Source of the DNA: Deltaproteobacteria bacterium
GTDB lineage: Bacteria; Desulfobacterota_D; UBA1144; Nemesobacterales; CSP1-2
Length of the DNA stretch: 64,000 nt
Reading direction: 5' to 3'
Assembly (NCBI GenBank): GCA_052390235.1
Contig: JBQTHB010000003.1
Span: forward strand, 273,403-337,402
A model generated the notes under the pieces. That model searched no databases. It had not been told where the DNA came from and saw only the letters and a list, made by a program, of their open reading frames with translations. This document shows, piece after piece, positions 47,470-57,490 of the stretch (position 1 is its first letter; the number at the start of each line of letters is the position of its first letter). The position numbers and the translations under genes were made by a program.

Positions 47470-48552
47470 CTAAATCAAAAAACGGCAGGAGCGCGCTTTG
47501 ATGAGGAGATAGACCCTCGCCCCTGCCTCAAGGTTCAAATCCCTTACAGTTGCAGGGGTTACGCTCGCCTTAAAATCCGCGCCGCAGTCAACCGTTATCT
47601 CCGCCCTTGCGCCGCTGATGAGTATTTCCTTGACCAATCCGCCGATGAGATTCCTCGCGCTAGTCCGTAGCACAGGCTCGCGGGAGACGATAATATCCTC
47701 CGAGCGAATCCCAAGCACAACCTTAGAGCCAGCCTCAGCGGGATGGTACGACGCCTCGATTTGGCATCCCCCTCCCAGGTCAACCGCCGTAAGCCCATCA
47801 TCAGCCCGATGTCCTAGGACTCGCCCTAGGAAAATATTCTCCACTCCGCCCGCGAGCGGCGACTCTAAATTCCAAGCCGAGCCGAGAACGTCCGGCGGCG
47901 CGCCCTGTTTAATAATTTTCCCGCCGCTAAGCAGAGCGGCGAAATCCCCCACTCTAAGAGCCTCGGCAGGGCTGTGCGTTACATAGACGAAGGGAATACC
48001 CAGGCGTTTTTGTATTTGCGTCATCTCTTCAGCCAGCCGAAGGCGGAGCGGGGCGTCCACTGCCGAAAGCGGCTCGTCTAGGAGCATCACAGACGGCTCA
48101 GAGGCAACGGCGCGCGCCAATGCGACTCTCTGCCGCTCCCCGCCGGACAGCTCGTGGGGATAGCGTTTCGCCTTCCCGCCAATCTCAAAGAGCTTTAGCA
48201 TATCCGCGGCAATCCCCTGCCTTCGGGACTTCGACGCTATCCCGTAGGCGATGTTTTCTTCCGCTGTGAGGTGAGGGAAAAGGGCGTAGTCTTGAAACAC
48301 GAAGCCGACTTTTCGCTCCTGAACAGGCAGGTTCACTCTCGCCTTGGAATCGAAATAAACCCTGCCGCGACAGATAATTCTGCCCTCATCTGGGGTAATG
48401 ACGCCTGCTATCGCGTTGAGTACCGTCGTTTTGCCCGCGCCTGAATGCCCGAAAAGCACCGCGATTCCCCCCTCGGCGGAGAAGGAAATATCGAGGTCGA
48501 GGGCTTGATTCGAGCCGAATCCGATGCGTTTTTTTATGTCAACCGAGAGCAT
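47470..48552 (-). CDS. modC: Molybdate ABC transporter ATP-binding protein with C-terminal TOBE/MOP domain
   Basis: It has the Walker A 'GHSGAGKTT', the signature 'LSGGERQRVALARA' and Walker B 'LLDEP'. It is 360 aa. It follows modA and modB. Confidence 0.8.
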   Translation of the reverse strand: MLSVDIKKRIGFGSNQALDLDISFSAEGGIAVLFGHSGAGKTTVLNAIAGVITPDEGRIICRGRVYFDSKARVNLPVQERKVGFVFQDYALFPHLTAEENIAYGIASKSRRQGIAADMLKLFEIGGKAKRYPHELSGGERQRVALARAVASEPSVMLLDEPLSAVDAPLRLRLAEEMTQIQKRLGIPFVYVTHSPAEALRVGDFAALLSGGKIIKQGAPPDVLGSAWNLESPLAGGVENIFLGRVLGHRADDGLTAVDLGGGCQIEASYHPAEAGSKVVLGIRSEDIIVSREPVLRTSARNLIGGLVKEILISGARAEITVDCGADFKASVTPATVRDLNLEAGARVYLLIKARSCRFLI

Positions 48553-48555
48553 ATT

Positions 48556-49209
48556 TCAGTTCCTCAGCGCGAGTTTATTCACCGAGTAAATCACGCCGAT
48601 TGAGATTGCCGTCAAGAGAATTGCCAGAATCCAAGCCGCCTCCTCATCTCCCGAAAGTGCGGCTTCGTAAATCGCAAGCGGCATGGTTTGAGTCATTCCG
48701 GGGATGTTTCCCGCGATGACGAGCGTTGCGCCAAACTCCCCTAGGGCGCGGGCGAAGCTAAGCACGGCTCCGGCAATAATTCCCCTCTTAGCAAGCGGCA
48801 GAGTGATGAGAAAAAACGTCTGGAGCGGGCTTTTGCCGAGCGTGTAGGATGCGATTTCATATTTCGCGTCAACGCTTTCGATAGCGGCGCGGGCAGATTT
48901 TATCATGAGCGGGAGCGCAATAACAGACGCCGCAATTACGACCGCCTGCCATGTGAACGCCACAGACCATCCGGTGAGGTCATAAATATATCGCCCCAAA
49001 ATTCCCTGCCTGCCCAGAATCAGGATGAGATAATATCCGGTAACAGTCGGCGGAAGCACCATCGGGAGGGTCAGCACAGAGTCGAGAAGCTCCCTGCCGC
49101 GAAAATTATATTTCGACAGGACGTAGCCGAGCGCGACCCCAGCGACGGCGACAATCACAGTGGCAATACTCACTACAAGCATCGAGAGCTTGAAGGATTC
49201 CCAAATCAA
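48556..49209 (-). CDS. modB: Molybdate ABC transporter permease
   Basis: It is a 217-aa polytopic permease with an EAA-like loop 'ARALGEFGATLV'. Its start overlaps the modA stop. Confidence 0.8.
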   Translation of the reverse strand: MIWESFKLSMLVVSIATVIVAVAGVALGYVLSKYNFRGRELLDSVLTLPMVLPPTVTGYYLILILGRQGILGRYIYDLTGWSVAFTWQAVVIAASVIALPLMIKSARAAIESVDAKYEIASYTLGKSPLQTFFLITLPLAKRGIIAGAVLSFARALGEFGATLVIAGNIPGMTQTMPLAIYEAALSGDEEAAWILAILLTAISIGVIYSVNKLALRN

Positions 49210-49985
49210 TTGAGCCTCGCGGGGGGGGTAAATCCGTGTTTTTTGAGAATTCCCCTGCCCTTGCGGCTTGAGATAAGCGTAATAAATTTTCGCGCAAGCT
49301 CCGGGTTTTTAGCCCCTCTCACGACGGCTATGGGATAAATTATCGGGCTATGGAGCAAGTGCGGCACGACAGCTGACCGGACGGCTTTTGCGCCCCCCCC
49401 GGCAATGTCGGATTGATAGACCACCCCCGCGTCAACCTCGCCGCGCTCAACGTAATCCAGCGTTTGGCGGACGTTCTCGCTGAAAACGAGTTTTGGCTCA
49501 ATGCGCTCCCAGATTCCCACTTTCATGAGAAATTCTCTGGCATACTCCCCGACTGGGGCGGTTTTGGGATTTCCAATGGCAATTTTTGCCAATTTATCGC
49601 TGTCCAGCTCGGCGGCAGACGCGGGGTGGAATTTCGCGTCCGGCGGAACCACGATAACCAAAACGTTGCCGGCAAAATTCCGGCGCGTATTTTTTTGGAT
49701 TAGCCCCTTTGACTCAAGCTCGTTCATCTGTTTTTCAGCCGCGCTGGCAAAGACATCCGCAGGGGCGCCGTTTTCAATCTGCTTCTGCAATACGCCCGAC
49801 GCGCCGAAGTTAAAAACGACCTTCGCCCCGCGCTCGCCCTCAAGCAGAGCGGCAATCTCCACGAACGCGCCCTTGAGGCTCACAGCCGCCGAGACGAGTA
49901 TCTCGCCTGCAGGCTCCTCGGCGATGGCAATGGAATCCGATAGGGCATTAATACAAAACGCAAAGAGCAACAGCAATATCAGCAT
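49206..49985 (-). CDS. modA: Periplasmic molybdate-binding protein
   Basis: It has a signal peptide and ModA-like 'NFGASG', 'IAIGNPKTAPVGEYA' and 'VDAGVVYQSD'. It is 259 aa. Confidence 0.75.
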   Translation of the reverse strand: MLILLLLFAFCINALSDSIAIAEEPAGEILVSAAVSLKGAFVEIAALLEGERGAKVVFNFGASGVLQKQIENGAPADVFASAAEKQMNELESKGLIQKNTRRNFAGNVLVIVVPPDAKFHPASAAELDSDKLAKIAIGNPKTAPVGEYAREFLMKVGIWERIEPKLVFSENVRQTLDYVERGEVDAGVVYQSDIAGGGAKAVRSAVVPHLLHSPIIYPIAVVRGAKNPELARKFITLISSRKGRGILKKHGFTPPARLN

Positions 49986-50018
49986 TAGACGCCGCCCGCA
50001 CTTTTGGATGCCCCCCGC

Positions 50019-50258
50019 TCAGCCGCCGCTCACGGGAGGAATAAACGCCACCTCGTCGCCGTCCTTGAGGCGGCAGTCAGCCCCGACGTACTCGCCGTTT
50101 ACAGCAAAAAGTACCCTGAAATTATCGCGGGGCTGGATTTTTTCTTTGAATCTCTCCCAAAGCTCGCCCACCGTCGCGGACTGTTCAACCTCGAGCGCCG
50201 CCTCCTGAACATCCATGGCTTCTCTGAGATAGGCAAAGAGTTTTAGCGTGATTCTCAT
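50019..50258 (-). CDS. moaD: Molybdopterin synthase sulfur-carrier subunit
   Basis: It is a 79-aa ubiquitin-like protein ending in 'VSGG'. It sits directly upstream of modABC. Confidence 0.7.
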   Translation of the reverse strand: MRITLKLFAYLREAMDVQEAALEVEQSATVGELWERFKEKIQPRDNFRVLFAVNGEYVGADCRLKDGDEVAFIPPVSGG

Positions 50259-50422
50259 TTTCCACTTCCATGCCGGAGCATCGGGTTTGCCCTGCGGTTC
50301 TGGATTGTTATCCGGCTCATTGTGGTCTCGGCAGGGGCGGCGGCGATGATGCCCTCCTCCCCGCTTATCATCTAAACATATTATTTATCGGATTTCTACC
50401 TCTCGGCTCGCGCCCCCCGGCT

Positions 50423-50890
50423 TCATTTGGCGGCAAGGGCGGCATCCAAAATTGTGGAGATATTGCCGACTGCAAACTCGCCGCTTTTCGTATAGACCAC
50501 GTTGCCCTTGCCATCGAAAATGGTTACGTGGGGGATGTAATTTTTATAGAAGCGAGCTTTGAGTTCCTTCTGCTCTATGGAGAGCGCGGACTCCACATCA
50601 ACCACGATGAAATTCACTCTGCCCCTGTATTTTTCATATAGCTCGACAGTTCTCCTAGCCTGCCGCTTGGAGTTGTAGCACTCCCTGTGATAGAAAATTA
50701 TGTGGGCGGGCTTGCCGGGGGTTACCGCGCCGTCGGACATATCGTCCCCCGTGATGAGTGGGCCATCGTTAGAGTCGCTGTTGTAGTCGAGTCCCGGGTT
50801 GAGCTTCAAATTCGTGGCGGCGATGCCTAGGTCTGCGGCAAGGGCTAAACCTAGGGCGAGGGTTGCGGATAGAATCGAAATTCTGAGCAT
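50423..50890 (-). CDS. Secreted thioredoxin-fold protein with a CxxS motif
   Basis: It has a signal peptide. 'IIFYHRECYNSK' occupies the thioredoxin active-site position, with Ser replacing the second Cys. Confidence 0.55.
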   Translation of the reverse strand: MLRISILSATLALGLALAADLGIAATNLKLNPGLDYNSDSNDGPLITGDDMSDGAVTPGKPAHIIFYHRECYNSKRQARRTVELYEKYRGRVNFIVVDVESALSIEQKELKARFYKNYIPHVTIFDGKGNVVYTKSGEFAVGNISTILDAALAAK

Positions 50891-51082
50891 ATTTTGTGTC
50901 TCCTCTGTTTATGTGATTTGCTGTTTAGAAGCCGATGGCGCGATGGAGTTTCATCGGGGATGAAATATGACTGCGGCTACAGAATGCGGGCAGGAGGTGT
51001 TTACATGAGGGGGATTTTAATTTTTGCGGGTTCTACGAAATCACCCTCGCTGATGATATAATGCTTGCCGAGGAAAAATCCG

Positions 51083-52570
51083 ATGACAAGCCGCCCCGAA
51101 TCGAGAACCGCTGAATGGAAGAGAAATTTTGCCGCGAGGCTCCTCGGAGTTCTCTGCCCTGAGGGGGTTATCTCCGACGACGATGAGCTTTTGGTTTATG
51201 AGTGCGACGGGCTCACGGGCTATCGGATAAAGCCGATTTTCGTGGTTCTGCCCAAATCCGCCGAAGAGGTGTCGGGGGTAGTAAAGCTCTGCAGCGAGGA
51301 GGGCGTTCCATTCGTCCCAAGAGGGGCGGGAACGGGGCTTTCCGGCGGGGCTTTGCCGGTTGAAGAGGGGATTGTAATATCGCTTGCTCGAATGAACCGC
51401 ATCTTGGAGATTGACCTAGAAAACCAGCGCGTTGTTGTCGAGCCGGGGGTGGTGAACATCTCCGTTACAAACGCCGTCAGCGCCGCAGGCTACTACTACG
51501 CCCCCGACCCTTCGAGCCAGATTGTCTGCACCATTGGAGGGAACGTCGCAGAGAACTCAGGCGGGGTTCACTGCCTCAAATACGGGGTTACGACCAATCA
51601 CATCACGGGGCTTGAAGTCGTCCTTGCCAATGGCGAGATAATCACCTTGGGCGGAAAATCGGCGGATGCGACCGGGTACGACCTGCTGGGGCTATTCGTA
51701 GGCTCGGAGGGGCTTTTGGGCATCGCAACGAAAATTACGCTCAAAATTCTGAGAAAACCGGAGACGATGAAGACCCTATTCGCCTCGTTCGATAGGGTTG
51801 AGGACGCGGGGCTGGCAGTCGCCTCGATAACGGCAAGGGGTGTTATCCCAGCCGGAATGGAGATAATGGACAACCTCAGCATCAGAGCCGTCGAGGACAC
51901 GGTTCACGCGGGGTATCCAGTGGACGCGGGGGCGATACTGCTCGTTGAACTGGACGGGCCCTCGGCAGAGGTAGAGGCTGAAACGCCGATAGTAATGGGA
52001 GTTCTCACGGAGAGCAACGCCCTTGAGATAAAAATCGCCCGAAACATGGACGAGCGAAACCTCTTCTGGAAAGGGCGTAAGAGCGCCTTTGCCGCCATGG
52101 GGCGAATGAGTCCCGACTACTACGTACAGGACGGCGTTATTCCGCGCACGAAACTGCCCGAAGTCTTGGGGAGGATTGGAGAGTTGAGCAGTGAATACGG
52201 TCTGCGCGTCGCAAACGTATTTCACGCCGGAGACGGCAACCTGCACCCGCTTGTGCTTTACGACGGAGCGGTAGAGGGGGAAGCCGAGCGAGCAGAAGAG
52301 CTATCGGGCGAGATACTAAAGGTATGCGTCGCCGTCGGGGGGAGCATCACTGGAGAACACGGCGTGGGACACGATAAAAAGCGTTTTATGCCGCTCATGT
52401 TCGACGATGCCTCGCTTGAGGCGATGAATTTCATAAGATGCGCCTTTGACCCGAATGGGCTTTGCAACCCCGGCAAGGTGTTTCCGACTCCGCGCTCGTG
52501 CGTCGAGGCGGCGAGGGCGAAATACGAAGCGCATCCGGTGGAAGCGGCGGGCTTGGGGGAGAGATTTTGA
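51083..52570 (+). CDS. glcD: Glycolate oxidase subunit GlcD (FAD-linked oxidase)
   Basis: It has an FAD-binding PCMH-type domain ('VVLPKSAEEVSGVVKLC', 'RGAGTGLSGGA'). The ORF is trimmed to the ATG (MTSRPES) after GAGGAAAAA, because the annotated start was TTG. Confidence 0.8.
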   Translation: MTSRPESRTAEWKRNFAARLLGVLCPEGVISDDDELLVYECDGLTGYRIKPIFVVLPKSAEEVSGVVKLCSEEGVPFVPRGAGTGLSGGALPVEEGIVISLARMNRILEIDLENQRVVVEPGVVNISVTNAVSAAGYYYAPDPSSQIVCTIGGNVAENSGGVHCLKYGVTTNHITGLEVVLANGEIITLGGKSADATGYDLLGLFVGSEGLLGIATKITLKILRKPETMKTLFASFDRVEDAGLAVASITARGVIPAGMEIMDNLSIRAVEDTVHAGYPVDAGAILLVELDGPSAEVEAETPIVMGVLTESNALEIKIARNMDERNLFWKGRKSAFAAMGRMSPDYYVQDGVIPRTKLPEVLGRIGELSSEYGLRVANVFHAGDGNLHPLVLYDGAVEGEAERAEELSGEILKVCVAVGGSITGEHGVGHDKKRFMPLMFDDASLEAMNFIRCAFDPNGLCNPGKVFPTPRSCVEAARAKYEAHPVEAAGLGERF

Positions 52571-52677
52571 CCATTGAGCAGATGAGCGGGAGTTTTCATC
52601 CTTCGATGAGACTGTCAAATCGCTCGTGGCGGAGGTTCATTTGCTCCACTGAGGCGGCAGTTGCGTAATTTGCGGCA

Positions 52678-54033
52678 ATGGTTCTTCACTTTGGGGCGAT
52701 AGGAACACTCTCCATGAGAAACGCGGCAATTGATGAAATTATAAATATCCCAGGGCGCGCCCACTCGCATACATCCGCGCCGGAGCTTGAGGGGTTCTGC
52801 GTCTGCGGCATCCCCCCCCGCGCCGCCGCCGTATTCCCCAGGAGCGTTGATGAAATCGCGGAGATTATGAAAATCGCTCACCGAGAGGGCATCGGGGTAA
52901 TCCCCTTTGGCGGAGGAACGAAGATAGATTTCGGCAATCCGCCGGAGAAGTTCGACGTCGCCCTCTCGCTGAAAAACCTAAACCGCGTCGTCGAGCATGA
53001 GGCATCAGACCTCGTGGCGACAGCCGAGTGCGGAATTCCACTCGAGAATCTGCAATCCACCCTCCGGCGCGAGAGCCAATTCCTCGCCATAGACCCCCGG
53101 CACACGGAGCGCGGAGCGACCCTCGGCGGCGTTATCGCTACAGGGGATTTCGGGGCGCGCCGCCACAGATACGGCTCAATGAGGGAGCTTCTAATAGGGG
53201 TAAAAGCCGTCCGCGCTGACGGAAGCATCGTCCGGGGCGGGTCGAAGGTGGTAAAAAACGTCGCGGGCTACGACCTGCCCAAGCTCTTTGTCGGCTCTTT
53301 CGGTACTCTCGCAATTTTGGCGGAGGCGACGTTTCGGCTCTATCCGATTCCCGAAGCCTCAAGGACTTGGGTGGCGGGGTTCGCCGAGGTTACCGGGGCG
53401 TATAAAGCGGGGCAGCAGATACTGAATTCGTCCCTAACGCCGTCCTCGCTTCAGATTCTAAACCATCGCCTCAGCGCGTCGGTTTTAGATATGAATCTTC
53501 CAGACGGCGGATGCGCCCTAGCCGTGAGAATCGAGAGCGTTAGGGAAGCGGCGGAAAGCGGAATCTTAAAAACGGCCGAGCTCGCTGGCGGGGGCGGTTT
53601 TATCCTCGACTCGGGCGCGGAGGGGCGGTTCTGGGACGCAGCTAGGGATTTTCCCTCGAAATTGCCAGGCGGCGCGGTCGTAAAAATCGCATTGGCAATT
53701 GCGCATACTCCCCGGATTTTTGCCGCTCTGGATGAGGCGTCCCGAAGCAAGGGGGTTGATGAAATCCTCGCCTCGGCAGGGGCTGGAACGGGGCTATCCA
53801 TCGCCTCAATAAGGGGCGAAGACGCGTCCGTAGTCGAGGCTCTGAAATCGCTTCGGGGCGTTGCGCAGTCCCTCGGCGGGAGTCTAACAGTCCAAGAAGC
53901 CTCGAACGCGGTCAAATCGCAAATTGACGCTTGGGGGAGCGTCGGAGGGGAGATTAAAATTATGCAAAGTCTAAAATCCCTTTTCGACGCTAAGGGGATT
54001 CTCAACTCAGGGAGGTTTGTCGGAGGCATCTGA
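52678..54033 (+). CDS. glcE: Glycolate oxidase FAD-binding subunit GlcE
   Basis: It is an FAD-binding PCMH oxidase ('VIPFGGGTK') positioned between glcD and glcF. The start is uncertain. The alternative is ATG at 52714. Confidence 0.7.
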   Translation: MVLHFGAIGTLSMRNAAIDEIINIPGRAHSHTSAPELEGFCVCGIPPRAAAVFPRSVDEIAEIMKIAHREGIGVIPFGGGTKIDFGNPPEKFDVALSLKNLNRVVEHEASDLVATAECGIPLENLQSTLRRESQFLAIDPRHTERGATLGGVIATGDFGARRHRYGSMRELLIGVKAVRADGSIVRGGSKVVKNVAGYDLPKLFVGSFGTLAILAEATFRLYPIPEASRTWVAGFAEVTGAYKAGQQILNSSLTPSSLQILNHRLSASVLDMNLPDGGCALAVRIESVREAAESGILKTAELAGGGGFILDSGAEGRFWDAARDFPSKLPGGAVVKIALAIAHTPRIFAALDEASRSKGVDEILASAGAGTGLSIASIRGEDASVVEALKSLRGVAQSLGGSLTVQEASNAVKSQIDAWGSVGGEIKIMQSLKSLFDAKGILNSGRFVGGI

Positions 54034-54047
54034 CAAATTCGGGAGAC

Positions 54048-54821
54048 ATGATACGCAGAGAAACAGAGGGAGGCTGGATTCTCATCGCTCAGCACGACCA
54101 CGCCCTGCTTTCGGCTGAGATTATGGAGCGCTGGGGAAATGGGGATTTCGCGGCGGCAGACCCCTTCGACGAGGTGATGTTCGCCGTAAGAGAGCATGAC
54201 GCGGGCTGGCAGGGGTGGGATTCTCTGCCCAAGATAAACCCGCAGAGCCTATTCCCCATGAACTTTATGGAGATGGATTTTCACGACCAAAAAGCCATCT
54301 GGACGGAGTGTTTTAATCGGCATCGGGCGGCGCGCCCCTACGCATCGGCTCTTATCGCGCTCCATTTCGGGGTGTTCAGCCGCAGAATAGCGAGCAAAAA
54401 CCCCTCAAATGGCTCTGCTGAAGCCCTCAGAAACGAGATGAACCGCTTTGTTTCCGAGACGCTCCAGTCCGAGATTTCAAACCTCGATGCAAGCGCGCTT
54501 TCCAGAGACGTTCAGGTGAATCTGCGCCTCGTGCAAATCGGCGACGTCATATCGCTCGCCCTGTGCCACGGCTGGTCAATAACCAACATCGGGGACGTTC
54601 CCACCGGTTATTCCACGCCCCGCAAGTCAAATATCGCCATTTCCTGCCGCGACGGGCTGAATTTCACGATGACGCCCTATCCCTTCGCCGAGAACTCGGT
54701 TAAATTTGAAATCTTGGGGCGAGAACTGCAGCGGCGGACTTTTTCATCCAACGATGAGCTTCGACAAGCCTTGAGCGAATCCGATACTAGCGCTCTGAGG
54801 TTCTCAATAGAAAGGGGGTAG
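54048..54821 (+). CDS. Hypothetical protein with His cluster 'IAQHDHALL' (possibly DUF3891-like), inserted between glcE and glcF
   Basis: It is a clean 257-aa ORF. The family assignment is from memory only. Confidence 0.45.
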   Translation: MIRRETEGGWILIAQHDHALLSAEIMERWGNGDFAAADPFDEVMFAVREHDAGWQGWDSLPKINPQSLFPMNFMEMDFHDQKAIWTECFNRHRAARPYASALIALHFGVFSRRIASKNPSNGSAEALRNEMNRFVSETLQSEISNLDASALSRDVQVNLRLVQIGDVISLALCHGWSITNIGDVPTGYSTPRKSNIAISCRDGLNFTMTPYPFAENSVKFEILGRELQRRTFSSNDELRQALSESDTSALRFSIERG

Positions 54822-54825
54822 TGGC

Positions 54826-56139
54826 GTGAGCGATGAGAAACCGATAAAATTTCAAGCCTTCGACGGCATTGACAGGCCTAGCCTGAGCATTGCAAACGAC
54901 TGCGTTCACTGTGGATTTTGCCTCTCCGCGTGTCCTACCTATCTTCAGACAGGAAACGAGCTTGACTCCCCGCGAGGGAGAATTTATCTGATGAAATCCG
55001 CGCTTGAGGGGAGAATTCCGATGGGCGGGGGACTCGTCAAATACCTCGATTTATGCCTCGGATGCCTCGGATGCGAGACCGCCTGCCCTTCGGGCGTGGA
55101 CTACTCGGCGCTGGTCGAGATGTCGAAAGCCCAAATCGAGCGCAAACACCGCAGACCCCTCGGCGAGCGGATATTCCGGGCAATGCTATTTTGCATTTTC
55201 CCATACGCCAAGAGGCTCAAGGCGATGTTGCCCGCGCTGTGGCTCTATCAAGCAAGCGGCGCCAGGGGATTAATTCAGCGGTGTGGAATTCTCTCAAAAA
55301 TTTCAGGGAAATTGGCGCGAATGGAAGGGATGATGCCGGAGGTAAAGGGGGCATCGCTGTTTGCCGGACTGCCCGAAGTAACTGCGCCAAAGGGACGAAG
55401 ACGTTACCGGGTGGGGATGCTCGCAGGGTGCGTGCAGAGCGTGCTGTTCCCCCAGACTAACGAAGCCACGGTTAGGGTTCTTGCCGAGAGCGGGTGTGAG
55501 GTGGTCATCCCAAAAAATCAGGGGTGCTGCGGGGCGCTCTCGCTTCATTCGGGGCGGCTCGATGAGGCAAGGGGGTTTGCCAGGGCGAATATTAAACTAT
55601 TTGACAAGGCTGATTTTGACGCCGTTATTGTGAATGCGGCCGGGTGCGGCTCGACGATGAAAGAATACGGGCATCTATTTGCCGAGGACGCCGTGTTTGC
55701 GCAGCGCGCTGAGAGAGTCGCAAATAAGACAAAGGACGTGATGGAGTTTTTAGCCGACGTGGGGCTTCGGGGGAATCTCAAAGAGGTGAAGATGAGGGCT
55801 ACGTACCAGGACGCCTGCCACATCGCTCACGGGCAGAGAATAAAATCGCAGCCAAGAGCGGTCATTAGGCAGATTCCGGGGGTTGAACTCATCGAGCTTG
55901 GGGAGTCGGATGTGTGCTGCGGGAGCGCGGGTATTTATAACCTCACGCAGCCGGAAATGGCCGAAGGGCTTCTGGAGAGGAAACTCGAGAACCTGGAGCG
56001 AACCAAAGCCGAGGCGCTACTTGCCGGAAACCCCGGATGCCTGCTTCAAATCAAAAAAGGAATAAAGGAGCGGGGACTTAGCATCGAAACCCTGCACCCC
56101 ATAGAACTCGTGGACAGGGCTTACGGGGGGAAGAGGTAA
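54826..56139 (+). CDS. glcF: Glycolate oxidase iron-sulfur subunit GlcF
   Basis: It has two ferredoxin-type clusters, 'CVHCGFCLSACPTY' and 'CLGCLGCETACPSG', plus two CCG-type Cys-rich domains. It has a GTG start after AAAGGGGG. Confidence 0.8.
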   Translation: MSDEKPIKFQAFDGIDRPSLSIANDCVHCGFCLSACPTYLQTGNELDSPRGRIYLMKSALEGRIPMGGGLVKYLDLCLGCLGCETACPSGVDYSALVEMSKAQIERKHRRPLGERIFRAMLFCIFPYAKRLKAMLPALWLYQASGARGLIQRCGILSKISGKLARMEGMMPEVKGASLFAGLPEVTAPKGRRRYRVGMLAGCVQSVLFPQTNEATVRVLAESGCEVVIPKNQGCCGALSLHSGRLDEARGFARANIKLFDKADFDAVIVNAAGCGSTMKEYGHLFAEDAVFAQRAERVANKTKDVMEFLADVGLRGNLKEVKMRATYQDACHIAHGQRIKSQPRAVIRQIPGVELIELGESDVCCGSAGIYNLTQPEMAEGLLERKLENLERTKAEALLAGNPGCLLQIKKGIKERGLSIETLHPIELVDRAYGGKR

Positions 56140-56255
56140 ACACGGGGGCTTTTAGACCTTCGGCGCTTAAGCCCTCTCGGCTCGAATCTCGCTTTGATTC
56201 AGCGGTATCTAAAACCAAGACTGCCAGCAAAAACCTCAAGGAAATCCCGACTCAG

Positions 56256-57146
56256 ATGGCGCTCAATATCGCTCTTCTCGGATTCATCATCATCACTTGG
56301 GGATATTCATGGGCGCTCATGAAAATCGGCATAGGCTACATCGAGCCGCTCACGTTTTCCGCTCTCCGGTGCGGACTCGGCGGCGCCTGTCTCATCCCCT
56401 TTGTTCTGACTAGGAGAATCCCCTTAATCAAACGCGAGAGGCTTGGCGATGCTCTGGCGGTCGGACTCCTTCAGACGGCGGGTATGTTCGGCTTCATGGT
56501 CTCAGGGATGAAATTTGTAACAGCCGGCAAAACCGCCGTCCTGCTCTACACGATGGCGATTTGGACGAGCCTCATCGTTCACTTTTATCTCAAAGAGAGA
56601 TTAACCCCATCGCAGTGGGTAGGAATCGTTTTCGGATGCGCCGGAGGGGCGGCGATTCTCGGTTGGGACACGCTCGCAAATCAAAGCCGCGACGTCGTTT
56701 TCGGAGAGCTTTTAATCATACTAGGGGCGGTCTGCTGGGCGGCGTCAAACGTGTGGGTGAAAAAGAGGCTGCGAGGAGAAGATGCGGCGGCGGTAACTTG
56801 TCTGCAGCTTTTGACAGGCTCGGCAGCGCTGTTTCTCGTTGCGTTGCCAATTGAAGGCGGGATTCAGAGCGCCGAGTGGACGCGGGAATCGGTTGCCATA
56901 GTGCTGTTTACGGGGGTTGTGGCGTCGGCGATTAATTTCACCATCTGGGTTTATCTGATAAACAGGCTCGACATTAACACGGCAGTATTCTGCTCGATGC
57001 TCGTGCCGGTTACGGGTCTGGTGTTTGACCGGCTGATGCTCGGAACTAGGCTCGATGCGGGGGTGATTATCGGAGGAGCGTTGATACTCGCGGGGATTTA
57101 TCAGGTGTCGAGCAGAAGGGGGGAAGGGGCGAAGGCGAGTGAGTAG
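56256..57146 (+). CDS. EamA/DMT-family transporter
   Basis: It has a 10-TM duplicated EamA topology and is 296 aa. Confidence 0.75.
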   Translation: MALNIALLGFIIITWGYSWALMKIGIGYIEPLTFSALRCGLGGACLIPFVLTRRIPLIKRERLGDALAVGLLQTAGMFGFMVSGMKFVTAGKTAVLLYTMAIWTSLIVHFYLKERLTPSQWVGIVFGCAGGAAILGWDTLANQSRDVVFGELLIILGAVCWAASNVWVKKRLRGEDAAAVTCLQLLTGSAALFLVALPIEGGIQSAEWTRESVAIVLFTGVVASAINFTIWVYLINRLDINTAVFCSMLVPVTGLVFDRLMLGTRLDAGVIIGGALILAGIYQVSSRRGEGAKASE

Positions 57147-57184
57147 TGGCGAGTGGCGAGGGGCGAGTTTTTAGGACAACGGCT

Positions 57185-57425
57185 AAAATAGGCTATCCCA
57201 AAAGTGTCATTCCGAACGCAAAGAGGAATCTTATTCGAGATTTCTCGCTACGCTGGAAATGACAGTACAGAAGGAACTGATAAGAGGCAAAGAGGTAAAA
57301 CAGCGCAGAGGGGCGAAACAATCAAAGTGGTGTCATTCCCGCAAGCCTCCTGAGCGGGGATCCATTTCATCCGCGCCCTGAGCGGAGTCGAATGGTGGAT
57401 TCCCAACTTTCGCGAGATGCCATCT
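57185..57425. repeat. Composite repeat locus F (R1+R2+R3, about 235 bp), upstream of the FKBP gene
   Basis: 'gtcattccgaacgcaaagaggaatcttattcgagatttctcgctacgctggaaatgacagtacagaagg...gtgtcattcccgcaagcctcctgagcggggatccatttcatccgcgccctgagcggagtcgaatggtggattcccaactttcgcgagatgcc' is present. Confidence 0.85.
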
Positions 57426-57490
57426 TGAGGCTAGCAGAGCCGCCGCAGATTCAATATAATACTGCGATTAATTCAGGAGGTTAGGGAGCT

